A stretch of 64,000 nt of DNA, taken from Thermoplasmatales archaeon. Lineage in GTDB: Archaea; Thermoplasmatota; Thermoplasmata; Thermoplasmatales; GCA-001856825. Made by a program: the position numbers and the translations under genes. The DNA lies in the NCBI GenBank assembly GCA_026127935.1, contig JAJSLL010000004.1, forward strand, positions 3,590-67,589. Reading direction: 5' to 3'. The notes under the pieces were generated by a model that was not told the origin of the DNA, did no database searches, and saw only the letters and a program-made list of their open reading frames with translations. Positions within the stretch are counted from its first letter, which is position 1. Each line of letters begins with the position of its first letter. Below are positions 50,185 to 58,610 of this stretch, in pieces.

Positions 50185-51108
50185 CTATTGAAGTGAGAGC
50201 ATCTGCATTTCATTCAAAATATAAGATGGCAATCCATCATACGGGTCCGGCGAACCCAGGTTGGTGATATAAATGAATAAAAAATACTTCTTTGCCGATT
50301 CCAACCAAGACGGTGCAAGATATGGGACGTTGAAACTTATTATAGATGAGTTTGCCCTTGAAGTTCCATTGACAATGGAATTGAAACTTCCTGCCTCAGG
50401 TAATCCTGGATCCTCATATAGGACAGTTAGATTGAAGCAGGAGGTGATGGAATTAGGTGAATATGTGCCAGGGTTGCCAACTATGTACTCCAATCCTAGC
50501 GCCCTGATGGATGATACCACAGTATGATAGAATTGAGATGCAGAAGAATTATCTGAGACCTCGTCCAGAAATATTCCATTCACTTTGTACCATATTGAAT
50601 AATTCATGGCCTGTTGCTCTATTACATCAGGAGATTGCATTCCATATGACGTAAAGATATATCCCAGCACAACGATTCCGGATGACTCCATCATTTGTGT
50701 CCAGTATAGGTATGATTTGGAAACGTTATTTCCTGACCCGTTTTCTGGATTGATAATTGCCACTATTGGTACATTTGGGTACTGTTTATGGATACTGATC
50801 AGTTCACCCCATGATCCGTTCGGGTCAAAATAAAGAGGTACTATCAGACCTGTTCTGACTTGCTGATTCCCAGGAACTAGATTGTTATGAGATTTTTCAT
50901 AATTTGTAGTGAATGCAATCGAGACCAGTAATATTGCCGAGATTAAGATGACATAAAGGATAATCCTTTGTCTATGACTTGTAATCTTTGGTCTCGTCTT
51001 CGAAACATAGTGAACCCTGATTTCTGGTCTTCGCACCGATATGTTGCTAAATTTTGCAGAGTTCATGCATACCCTTTGTTGAGCAGATGTATTAGCTCTT
51101 TTTGCCAT
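50185..51108 (-). CDS. membrane-anchored spherulation-specific family 4-like protein
   Basis: 307 aa with one N-terminal TM. The motif GLIVPLYFDPNGSWGELI...YPNVPIVAIINPENGSG resembles PF12138-type proteins as I remember them. Confidence 0.45.
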   Translation of the reverse strand: MAKRANTSAQQRVCMNSAKFSNISVRRPEIRVHYVSKTRPKITSHRQRIILYVILISAILLVSIAFTTNYEKSHNNLVPGNQQVRTGLIVPLYFDPNGSWGELISIHKQYPNVPIVAIINPENGSGNNVSKSYLYWTQMMESSGIVVLGYIFTSYGMQSPDVIEQQAMNYSIWYKVNGIFLDEVSDNSSASQFYHTVVSSIRALGLEYIVGNPGTYSPNSITSCFNLTVLYEDPGLPEAGSFNSIVNGTSRANSSIISFNVPYLAPSWLESAKKYFLFIYITNLGSPDPYDGLPSYILNEMQMLSLQ

Positions 51109-51436
51109 TTAAAATAGACGTTTATGATTCTATCCTCCATCACTCCTTTCATTCTTGCTTCTCATATATAAATGCATGAGACTAGGTGCTTCGACCCTAG
51201 GAATATTTGTTGCAATTGCGGACTTCAATGTTTTCTTCCGTACCTCTTTCCAACTGTATTTTCTTGGGTGATTGCGGAAACATGGTATTAATTTTGGTCA
51301 TGGGCCTAATTCCCTAAAGTACATGATTTGCAAAACTATGTAAACAGAGCCTGTCTGAGCTATCTGGCCCATAGAGAAAAAAAACAACAACACAGTTTGA
51401 GAAACTTTATTATATCTTCGTTAGCATACTAACCGG

Positions 51437-53041
51437 ATGTCAGATAAATATGAATTCAATCTCAACTTCAGGAACCTTTTTTCAAACACACCTAGAAATT
51501 TTTCAGATACGGAGATTGTGTACAGAAACAAGAGAAAGATAACTTATTCAAAATTCTTCCAGAGGGTCAACGGACTTGCCTCTGGCCTGAGCGGAATTGG
51601 CGTGAAACAGGGGGATACTGTTGCGGTGATCGACTGGGACACAGACAGGTATCTGGAAGCGTATTATGCCGTGCCCATGATGGGCGCCGTACTCCACACT
51701 GTCAATATAAGATATCCTCCGGAGCTCATCTATTACACAATGAACCACGCAGAGGACAAATACGTCATAGTCAGGGACGAATTCGTTCCTATACTAGAAA
51801 AGAACAGGCAGTTGTTTGATTTTATAAAAGGTTGGATAGTGTATAGTGACGACAGGGAGACAGTAACAACGACCCTTGCGCCCACCTACCACTATGACGA
51901 TATCGTGAAGAATGAGAAATATGACTTCCCAGATCTCGATGAAAACACGGTTGCAACCATATTTTATACCTCTGGAACCACAGGACTTCCTAAGGGTGTA
52001 ACTTTCACACACAGAAACCTCTTTTTGCACACACTTGCACTTGCGAACGGCGTGAATTTCGCTCCCATAAACGTTGGGAGATCTGACAATTTCTTGATAC
52101 TTGTTCCAATGTTCCACGTTCATTCCTGGGGAATCCCGTACATGGCTCTTATGAACGGGAATAGGTACGTTCTTCCAGGGAAGTATGAGGTAGGCACAAT
52201 ACTTGAGCTGGTCAAGAACGAGAAAATAAAATTTTCCGCAATGGTACCATCTATCTTGTACATGGTACTATCCTCCCCCAATATCGAGGAATACAGGGAT
52301 TATCTAAAGGGATGGAGGGTGGTAATAGGCGGAGCGGCGTTACCAAGGGGTCTGGCATTGAGGGCAAAATCATTTGGCATCACTACAATTGGCGCTTACG
52401 GTATGTCGGAGACTGCCCCCCTTCTAACTATAGCCATTTATAATGACGCTATGAAGAACGCAGACGAGGAAACGAAGTTCAATTTCTCTATAACAACGGG
52501 TATACCCGTTCCAATGGTCAATCTCAGGGTTGTTGATAAGGATATGACGGACGTGTCTCCCGACGGTAAGAGCATAGGGGAAATAGTCCTCCGATCTCCG
52601 TGGGTAACATCAGGATACTTCAAGGATCCGCAAAAGACGGAAGAGCTCTGGAGAGGAGGGTGGTTACACACAGGTGACCTGGCTGTAATCCATCAGAACG
52701 GGTACTTATCAATAGTGGACAGGGAAAAAGACGCTGTCAAGAGCGGAGGGGAGTTCATACCGTCCCTTGTGCTAGAAAACGCAATCAGCGAGATGAAGGG
52801 GGTAGGGGAGGTTGCTGTCATTGGCAAACCACATGAAAAGTGGGGAGAGAGACCAGTTGCGTTTATAGTGAGAAACGAGCCGATAAGGGAGGGCGATGTT
52901 TACGATCACCTCAACAAATTCACGGATGTTGGAAGGATACAGAAATGGTGGATCCCTGACGAGATAGTTTTCATAGATTCTATGCCAAAGACGAGCACCG
53001 GGAAAGCAGACAAGAAGGAACTGAGGAAACTCTTGAAATAA
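51437..53041 (+). CDS. AMP-dependent acyl-CoA synthetase (fatty-acid-CoA ligase)
   Basis: 534 aa with the AMP-binding motif FYTSGTTGLPKGV, YGMSET, GWLHTGD and a C-terminal PKTSTGKADK. Confidence 0.9.
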   Translation: MSDKYEFNLNFRNLFSNTPRNFSDTEIVYRNKRKITYSKFFQRVNGLASGLSGIGVKQGDTVAVIDWDTDRYLEAYYAVPMMGAVLHTVNIRYPPELIYYTMNHAEDKYVIVRDEFVPILEKNRQLFDFIKGWIVYSDDRETVTTTLAPTYHYDDIVKNEKYDFPDLDENTVATIFYTSGTTGLPKGVTFTHRNLFLHTLALANGVNFAPINVGRSDNFLILVPMFHVHSWGIPYMALMNGNRYVLPGKYEVGTILELVKNEKIKFSAMVPSILYMVLSSPNIEEYRDYLKGWRVVIGGAALPRGLALRAKSFGITTIGAYGMSETAPLLTIAIYNDAMKNADEETKFNFSITTGIPVPMVNLRVVDKDMTDVSPDGKSIGEIVLRSPWVTSGYFKDPQKTEELWRGGWLHTGDLAVIHQNGYLSIVDREKDAVKSGGEFIPSLVLENAISEMKGVGEVAVIGKPHEKWGERPVAFIVRNEPIREGDVYDHLNKFTDVGRIQKWWIPDEIVFIDSMPKTSTGKADKKELRKLLK

Positions 53042-53226
53042 AGAGATAAAAACCGATTCAACAGGAGCTCTCTCCCTGCTCAAAATTATTTTATCAACCC
53101 ACGATTTATTGGAATTTTATGTGTGATTTAAGTGTGGCTCACCGATCAACTGTTTCATCCACAGAATGAAATTTTTCTTTTTGGCTTCTTGAAAACGCGT
53201 AATAGAGTTAAACATTACTTGGAAGC

Positions 53227-53837
53227 TTGGTGTTTATTGACGATCTAGCATTTGAATTGTTCACGCTGACTCTCGTAGGAGTGGTATCGATATACCTTAA
53301 AGGATACGCATACATATGGTACAGAAAGGGAATGAAGGAGGTAGAAACGATCATGAGAACTGGAGCCTTCATTTTGACCATTATTGTGCGCAATCCTTGT
53401 GATAATGGGCATAAACGGCGAGATGCCGTGGCGCTTGCCTGGGAGCTATAACATTATTTTCTACGACCCATAGCTGCTGTTCGGTATCATTTTTGTCGCA
53501 GTTTTCTCCTCCATAATCCTGAAGCAGAAACTTCAATTCTCCAGAATTCTTGCGTTTTTTCTCGGTTGATCGCGATATACTACGAAGTGAATGCTCACCC
53601 TGACAAAATGACATTTAGCCCAATTTCAATGCTGGGGTTGTACCTCTCCCTAGGCTCACTGGAATGTTTGCTTTCCCTGCCACCATGATATAGGAACTGC
53701 TGTCCTCAAAGGATAAGGTATCCAGATTTTGGACAGTGATACTTATATTATTCTGGGTCGGGCAGATACTGTCTTCCGTCCTATCTGCGGTGACTGCAAT
53801 TATGGCTGTACCGCAGCATCTTCTGAAGCCTCGTTAA
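53227..53837 (+). pseudogene. decayed multi-pass membrane protein gene (frameshifts plus an in-frame TAG)
   Basis: Hydrophobic TM-like segments continue across frames. Frame 1 gives LAFELFTLTLVGVVSIYL...GAFILTII. Frame 2 from 53384 gives LCAILVIMGINGEMPWRLPGSYNIIFYDP, then TAG at 53471, then LLFGIIFVAVFSSIIL.... Further pieces are MTFSPISMLGLYLSLGSL (53608-) and ILILFWVGQILSSVLSAVTAIMAV (53739-53837). No intact ORF covers the region. Confidence 0.35.
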
Positions 53838-53974
53838 ATCTTTTCACTTTTTCCTTGCTAGATAATTTGACTTTTTTTAATGATCGTACATTTTCTCAAC
53901 TTTGCTCCTCTATTTTGAAGGGATTCACGATGATGGAGAGAATTTATCCTACCCCCTTTCAATCATTGAACTTT

Positions 53975-54874
53975 TCAGAATATGTATCCTAGGAAAAATC
54001 CGAGGAAGGTTGAGATTATCCACGTTGCTACAATCAACAGGAATGGTCTCACGTTGATTGCCTTGAACCTGTAGGAGAGCCCGCTGCCGACAACGCTGGC
54101 AGATAGGGTCTGGCTGTTGGATAACGGAACGCCGAGCAATGTAGCAACTTCAACCAGTATTGCGCTGCTTAAAAGAGAAATTGTTGCACTCGAGTATCGC
54201 ATGCTGTACATTTCTTCACCAACCCTCCTGATCACCCCCTTGCTCAGAAATATGGAACCTATGATTATGCCTATCACCATCACAATTACAACAGTTGAAC
54301 TGCCGCCAAGCAGATTCAGTATGAATCCAAGGGTGTTTGCACCAAGGGTGAACGATGTGAAAAAAGATGCAACTACAAGCAGTCCCTTCATGAAGATTGC
54401 CGTCTTCCAGATGTCTTTCGGAGGCTTCCTGATCAAGACCTTGTTGGAAAAGTAGGAAATTGCTATGGATAGAATAGGGGAGACTATCCACATTGCTACT
54501 ATGAGCACCAACAGGCCCTGGTCAGGTATCCTGCCTGCATGGATTGAAATGCCTATAACAGATCCAACGAGGACCATTGTCAGTGATAGCGGGGCCCTAA
54601 GTAGTGTTGCAATTACAAATGCAGTGATGGAGATAAGGAGGGCTATTGAAATAAAGTAATAGGAATGAGGCAACAGGGCAGTTGCGGCATACTTCAGACT
54701 TTCTCCCTCAAGCAAAAGTCCGGAAACATAACCAACGACGCCTATCAAAACACCAGTCCATCTCCTGATGATCCTTGCCCCCACTATTGTTCCAACTGAA
54801 ACAGACAGATTGTTTCCTGAGACTAGGATAGTCAGTATACCGCCCAGCAAAACCGTTATCAGGAATAGCTGCAT
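53975..54874 (-). CDS. inorganic phosphate transporter, PiT family
   Basis: 299 aa and multi-TM, with an N-terminal GNNLSVSVGTIVGA and a symmetric C-terminal SNSQTLSASVVG motif. It is paired with a DUF47 gene. Confidence 0.75.
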   Translation of the reverse strand: MQLFLITVLLGGILTILVSGNNLSVSVGTIVGARIIRRWTGVLIGVVGYVSGLLLEGESLKYAATALLPHSYYFISIALLISITAFVIATLLRAPLSLTMVLVGSVIGISIHAGRIPDQGLLVLIVAMWIVSPILSIAISYFSNKVLIRKPPKDIWKTAIFMKGLLVVASFFTSFTLGANTLGFILNLLGGSSTVVIVMVIGIIIGSIFLSKGVIRRVGEEMYSMRYSSATISLLSSAILVEVATLLGVPLSNSQTLSASVVGSGLSYRFKAINVRPFLLIVATWIISTFLGFFLGYIF

Positions 54875-54875
54875 T

Positions 54876-55565
54876 CTATCCTGTCAGTGATTTATAGATT
54901 GAAAGAATGAGATCTGCGGCGTCCTCGCAATCGTCGACCATGTCGTCAATCTTGTGGACCATGCTAGTCACGTGGTTGAAGACTATGTAATTCATCTTGT
55001 CTGCGTTCTTGTACGTGTCATCCAAAACAGAATCTTTCATGTCGTCCACGGCTTCTTCTATGATCTCAATCTTCTTCTTGTATTCGTTGACTTTGCCCAT
55101 ATCAGATTCCGTAAGCATTCCCTTTAGGGAAGTAAAAGCATCCTTGCCAGCCGTCAACATGTGAACGAACATTTTGTACGGAGAATCTAGGATCTTACCG
55201 AGGTTGCCATTGTTCTGCAAATAACCCAGGTTCATTCTCTTTATTTCCCTGCTAAGGTAATATGACCTGTCTATAATGTCGTCCATTCTGTTTACGAGGA
55301 AGAGCAGATTGTCGATCAAGCTCGGATTTATTGCCCCTCTTGTGATCAGGACGCTGAAATTTTCTGACAGATCGTCCCCTTCTCTTTCCTTCATCTTCAC
55401 CTTCTCGTTCAGTACATCCATCTCTTTGAGATCGCTCTGCATCATCTTGACAAGGAAATCGGTCACTTCCGTTGCCAGATCTGGGAATACCGTGAATCTG
55501 CTAAGTATGTTCCTTTCACCGACACTAGTAAACTTCTTGAAAAAGGATGGTTTTTCCATCGCCAA
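54876..55565 (-). CDS. DUF47/TIGR00153-family protein (PhoU-like accessory of PiT transporters)
   Basis: 229-aa helical protein immediately upstream of, and co-oriented with, the PiT gene (1-nt gap). This is the standard pairing. Confidence 0.7.
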   Translation of the reverse strand: MAMEKPSFFKKFTSVGERNILSRFTVFPDLATEVTDFLVKMMQSDLKEMDVLNEKVKMKEREGDDLSENFSVLITRGAINPSLIDNLLFLVNRMDDIIDRSYYLSREIKRMNLGYLQNNGNLGKILDSPYKMFVHMLTAGKDAFTSLKGMLTESDMGKVNEYKKKIEIIEEAVDDMKDSVLDDTYKNADKMNYIVFNHVTSMVHKIDDMVDDCEDAADLILSIYKSLTG

Positions 55566-55994
55566 ATATAGATGGAAAGTATATTATGATTGCTTGAAAA
55601 TTGACAATTTGATGCCGGCGAAAGTTGAAACTGGTAGACTTTATGATGACTCAGGCAACTCATCCGGACGGTATTTGTGTCAAGGGATATCACATTAAAA
55701 TACAATTCCAACATAATCCAATTGCCAGAATGATGTATTGGTTTTTTACTGGGACGCTAATTATGGGCGATATCCTGCTGCCGTGGCAATAGGAACAACA
55801 CTTTTTGCGTTTTCTTTACTGCGACTTCAGGAGGGTATGGCCACATCTTTCATAAGAATGCGGATCTTCATTCAGCAATCTGGCTTGCTGGACTCGGTAT
55901 TGGTGGGGTCGTCCTTGATTCCTGGCTTTTCACTAAAATCACAGCGGGACACGAACACTGTTGGGATTGATACTAGGTCTAGCTTTCATTCTAC

Positions 55995-56174
55995 CTACCG
56001 TGAGAATGCTCTGGGAAGGATTGGTACCCGTAGCCTTTGAACACAGCTCATTCTCCCGACTTCAGACAGATCCTCCCTGATTTTCAATTCGTTGACAAAT
56101 TTCTTTATCAGCTTCTTGATTTCGTTGTTGTGCGGCCCTTTCTCAAGCATTCTATCACGCTTGTTCAGTAGCAT
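55995..56174 (-). CDS. hypothetical small protein (59 aa) at the border of the AT-rich element
   Basis: Hand-translated as MLLNKRDRMLEKGPHNNEIKKLIKKFVNELKIREDLSEVGRMSCVQRLRVPILPRAFSR. It is just under the ORF-track cutoff. The N-terminal 40 aa look like a real helical protein and the tail looks degenerate. Confidence 0.3.
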   Translation of the reverse strand: MLLNKRDRMLEKGPHNNEIKKLIKKFVNELKIREDLSEVGRMSCVQRLRVPILPRAFSR

Positions 56175-56253
56175 TTGAACATTTTGAGATTTAGGCTGTT
56201 CATATAACGCCGTGGGGGAGAGTATTAATGAAAGTTAGAATCCCTATCATTAT

Positions 56254-56278
56254 TATAGCTAATATTATTATAATTATA
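56254..56278. repeat. left copy of imperfect direct repeat (TATAGCTAATATTATTATAATTATA)
   Basis: It aligns with 58548..58574 with 24 matches, 1 mismatch and 2 single-nt indels, in the same orientation. Confidence 0.45.
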
Positions 56279-56442
56279 CTGAAAAATATAACTTTTCTTT
56301 AAATAGCACAAGTCTTAGGTAAATAATATATTTATTATTTCATAAATATGTTGTGATTTTAGACCTCACAGGTCATTTTGCGATAGTCAAACTACCTTTT
56401 GTAAAGCAACTTTTCTCTCTAATAAACAATAAACTGATTAAA

Positions 56443-57204
56443 TTATGCTTCTATGGGAGGAAAGAAAATTTCCACCTTACTCTCATTTTGAATCCGTTTA
56501 TAGCCGTCTTCCAGGAGACTCTTGAGAAGGTTTGCTTTTAATTCAAAACTTGCCCTAATCTCACCTTTTTTTCTGGTAAGTGACACTTTCAAAAATATTA
56601 AAGAGGCCGCTACAACCACTATTCCAATTAAAACGTTCCGTATTATACCTTCAAGCCCTCCTGGTGAAATGATAAGCCCATAAATAATGTCAAATAGGCC
56701 GCCAGGAAGAAGTATTACAAACATCATATCTACAAGTTCCATAACAGTTTTCTTTGCCCCCTTCTTATAATCAATTTGGTAGAGTGGAAGAGTAAGAACC
56801 TGATACGTAGAGTTATCAGAAGACGCTTTTTTTACAATTTTATCGTTTACATGAGGATGTCGAGTCTGGAACTCTGGTTTCAGGATGCTATTGATACAGT
56901 CTTCCGAATCACCAACGCATTTAATCAATTTCAACCCATATAATACACGTGAATGATCTACCAAGATGACCGAAATCGAAACAACAGCAAAGAGGAAAAT
57001 TATAGCTATTAGAGCCCCTAAAAATATCGCTGTCGCATACGAGACCTCTTGTCCTAGGACAGAAAATATTGACAGCAGTAACGTGACTAAACTTGAAAGT
57101 ATCAACGGAAAAAACTTCTTGTAGGTTTCAATGCGCATCACATTTTTCGAGTTTTTTGCGTATAGGTCAGCAGTTTCCTTAATGAAATCATGTAAAGTGA
57201 ACAT
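56443..57204 (-). CDS. hypothetical 4-TM membrane protein
   Basis: 253 aa with two TM hairpins (about residues 33-83 and 155-207) separated by a soluble loop of about 70 aa. It lies 3 nt downstream of the RHH gene. Confidence 0.6.
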   Translation of the reverse strand: MFTLHDFIKETADLYAKNSKNVMRIETYKKFFPLILSSLVTLLLSIFSVLGQEVSYATAIFLGALIAIIFLFAVVSISVILVDHSRVLYGLKLIKCVGDSEDCINSILKPEFQTRHPHVNDKIVKKASSDNSTYQVLTLPLYQIDYKKGAKKTVMELVDMMFVILLPGGLFDIIYGLIISPGGLEGIIRNVLIGIVVVAASLIFLKVSLTRKKGEIRASFELKANLLKSLLEDGYKRIQNESKVEIFFPPIEA

Positions 57205-57207
57205 AAG

Positions 57208-57369
57208 TCAACTTTTTTTCTGTTTTTCTATCCTTCTCTCAGTAAGTTCTCTTCTTATAAGGTTCTCAACAAGGTCTTTCGCTGAAAGACCATTTTCTAG
57301 AGCGTAAACTCTAGCTTTCTTCCATAGGTCCGAATCTATTCTAAAACTCGTCACCTGGTCCTTTGACAT
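57208..57369 (-). CDS. ribbon-helix-helix (CopG/Arc/MetJ-type) DNA-binding protein
   Basis: 53 aa from ATG 57369 (the ORF track starts at GTG 57390). It has a beta-strand TSFRIDSDLW, helix A KKARVYALENG and helix B SAKDLVENLIRRELT. Confidence 0.7.
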   Translation of the reverse strand: MSKDQVTSFRIDSDLWKKARVYALENGLSAKDLVENLIRRELTERRIEKQKKS

Positions 57370-57447
57370 ATTATTTTGTAATAATGTCACTTTACTAATA
57401 CTTGTCGATTCGTAGCATTGTAGTAAAGTATTAATATAAAACTACTA

Positions 57448-57461
57448 TACTACTTGTAGTA
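57448..57461. promoter_or_regulatory. palindromic operator candidate TACTAC-TT-GTAGTA in a divergent promoter region
   Basis: Perfect 6-nt arms. It lies between a TATA-like TTAATATAAA (57431-57440) and the ATG at 57471. Extra GTAGTA/ACTAC hexamers lie at 57420-57425 and 57441-57453. Confidence 0.5.
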
Positions 57462-57470
57462 GGTGACAAA

Positions 57471-57668
57471 ATGGATAGAGAAAGCATTGAATTTTGGAAC
57501 GGTGCCTTGAAGTGTGCCATAAAGATGGAAAGGAAAGCGAGGGAATGCAGCAACATAGACCAACTGAGGGAAGAGATCTCTTACATGAGGCAGAGGATCG
57601 AGGATGTGCATATTCAGGACCCTGTCGAAGTTCTGAATATGATAGAAGAAGAGAAGGTGATAGATTGA
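57471..57668 (+). CDS. hypothetical small helical protein A (65 aa)
   Basis: The first gene of a three-gene plus-strand unit. It has the N-terminal motif EFWNGALKCAI. Its stop overlaps a TTG start of the next ORF (TTGA). Confidence 0.5.
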   Translation: MDRESIEFWNGALKCAIKMERKARECSNIDQLREEISYMRQRIEDVHIQDPVEVLNMIEEEKVID

Positions 57669-57901
57669 ACGCCGAGGACCAGAGGTTTTGGGATGGATTC
57701 CTGAAGGGAATACTTGCATGTGAAATCCTCGTAGAAGACATGCAAGAAGGCCTAAAGAACGAGAAAGGTAGCTTATATCCGGCACAGCTTACCATAGCGC
57801 AACTAAAAGACAACGTGGAAAGGATGCTTTCACGAGATACCTTAAAGACGCTAGGGGAAAGGAACCGAGAGCTGAGGGGAATATTGGAGGAGATAAGATG
57901 A
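57665..57901 (+). CDS. hypothetical small helical protein B (78 aa), paralog of A
   Basis: It is in frame with track ORF 57494..57901, but I propose a start at TTG 57665. The upstream part of the track ORF overlaps gene A and has poor composition. The N-terminal motif RFWDGFLKGIL parallels that of A. Confidence 0.45.
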   Translation: MNAEDQRFWDGFLKGILACEILVEDMQEGLKNEKGSLYPAQLTIAQLKDNVERMLSRDTLKTLGERNRELRGILEEIR

Positions 57902-58107
57902 TAGAGGATGACATGGATGATAGGGAACCCGAATCCTTCCATAGGGAGCAATACATGGAAGGCCTGATAGACGGATTGACATTGGCAATAACGCATCCTG
58001 ACAAACTAGAAGAATTGAGGAATTTCAGGGATACCGTGCTATTTTCGAAAGTCAAGGCTGCATGGCTGCCTACCCTAGTGGGACTAGGGATATTGAAGGA
58101 CTTTTAG
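57898..58107 (+). CDS. hypothetical small protein C (69 aa) with hydrophobic C-terminus
   Basis: It has an ATGA overlap with B. It shows loose similarity to the A/B motif (YMEGLIDGLTLAI). The C-terminal AAWLPTLVGLGIL looks like a membrane anchor. Confidence 0.45.
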   Translation: MIEDDMDDREPESFHREQYMEGLIDGLTLAITHPDKLEELRNFRDTVLFSKVKAAWLPTLVGLGILKDF

Positions 58108-58126
58108 CCATTCAAACTAACAACTT

Positions 58127-58162
58127 CCTTTTTCTTTTTTTGATTTCCTGTTTTCGAGTTTT
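58127..58162 (+). terminator. oligo-T termination region after the A-B-C unit
   Basis: CCTTTTTCTTTTTTTGATTTCCTGTTTTCGAGTTTTGC starts about 20 nt after the stop. Archaeal RNAP terminates at T-runs. Confidence 0.4.
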
Positions 58163-58494
58163 GCAACGTCAGGATCTCTGCTTTTACAATTAACGAATGA
58201 GGGAATACGATTATTCCGTATTCGACAGACATAAGCAGCTTCCAGGATATCTCTCCGGATCCTTCATTCCAGGAATGCAGCTGCTCTCAGGTCTCGCAGG
58301 CCTGTGAATCTTGTCCATCTTAGTTTGGACAACTAAATAGGCGATATATCTGAGTCCTCACAAATAACTACTCTTGCTGTGTGAATGTAGTCTTTATCTC
58401 CAGGATTAAATTTCGATACAATGATATTCGTTGGGCATCATCCACGGTTACAAGAAATACCTGAGCAACTTTTAGGGGAAACAACCAAAGGTAG

Positions 58495-58533
58495 AAAAAT
58501 GAGTCCCCCCTCTGGGGCAGTCACCGAAAAAAG
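58495..58533 (-). terminator. T-runs flanking a short GC hairpin downstream of the minus-strand operon
   Basis: The minus strand reads CTTTTTTCGG...CCCCAGAGGGGGG ACTCATTTTT, about 80-115 nt after the stop at 58611. Confidence 0.35.
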
Positions 58534-58547
58534 TAGACTTCAATTAC

Positions 58548-58574
58548 TATAACTAATATCTATTATAATATATA
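58548..58574. repeat. right copy of imperfect direct repeat (TATAACTAATATCTATTATAATATATA)
   Basis: See 56254..56278. It lies between the stop of the 248-aa gene and its putative terminator. Confidence 0.45.
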
Positions 58575-58610
58575 GGGGCCCGTATGAAGACTGTTTGGTA
58601 ATTGGTAATC

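Noticed and set aside
51305-51313. CCTAATTCC, identical to the right half of the DtxR-box, upstream of the acyl-CoA synthetase gene
   Set aside because: Only a half-site is present and the left arm (TTAGG) is missing. It also lies about 120 nt from the start codon. A chance match is likely.
53471-53473. In-frame TAG inside a membrane-protein frame, considered as a possible pyrrolysine or read-through codon
   Set aside because: The same gene also needs at least three frameshifts to be read. The window shows a sugar-oxidising, non-methanogenic gene content and no Pyl machinery. Pseudogenisation is the simpler explanation.
57445-57996. Minus-strand ORFs of 183 aa and 111 aa covering the small-gene cassette
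   Set aside because: Their composition is implausible (Ser/Pro/Cys/Leu-rich) and they have no start context. The opposite strand carries three ORFs joined by stop/start overlaps that share an N-terminal motif.
58197-58307. 36-aa ORF (MREYDYSVFDRHKQLPGYLSGSFIPGMQLLSGLAGL) and a 7-bp hairpin (GAATACG...CGTATTC, 58203-58223) in the 500-nt gene-free spacer of the element
   Set aside because: It has no upstream promoter-like element or coupling to neighbours, and the hairpin is short. The spacer may hold a small RNA, but nothing in the sequence alone supports a specific call.
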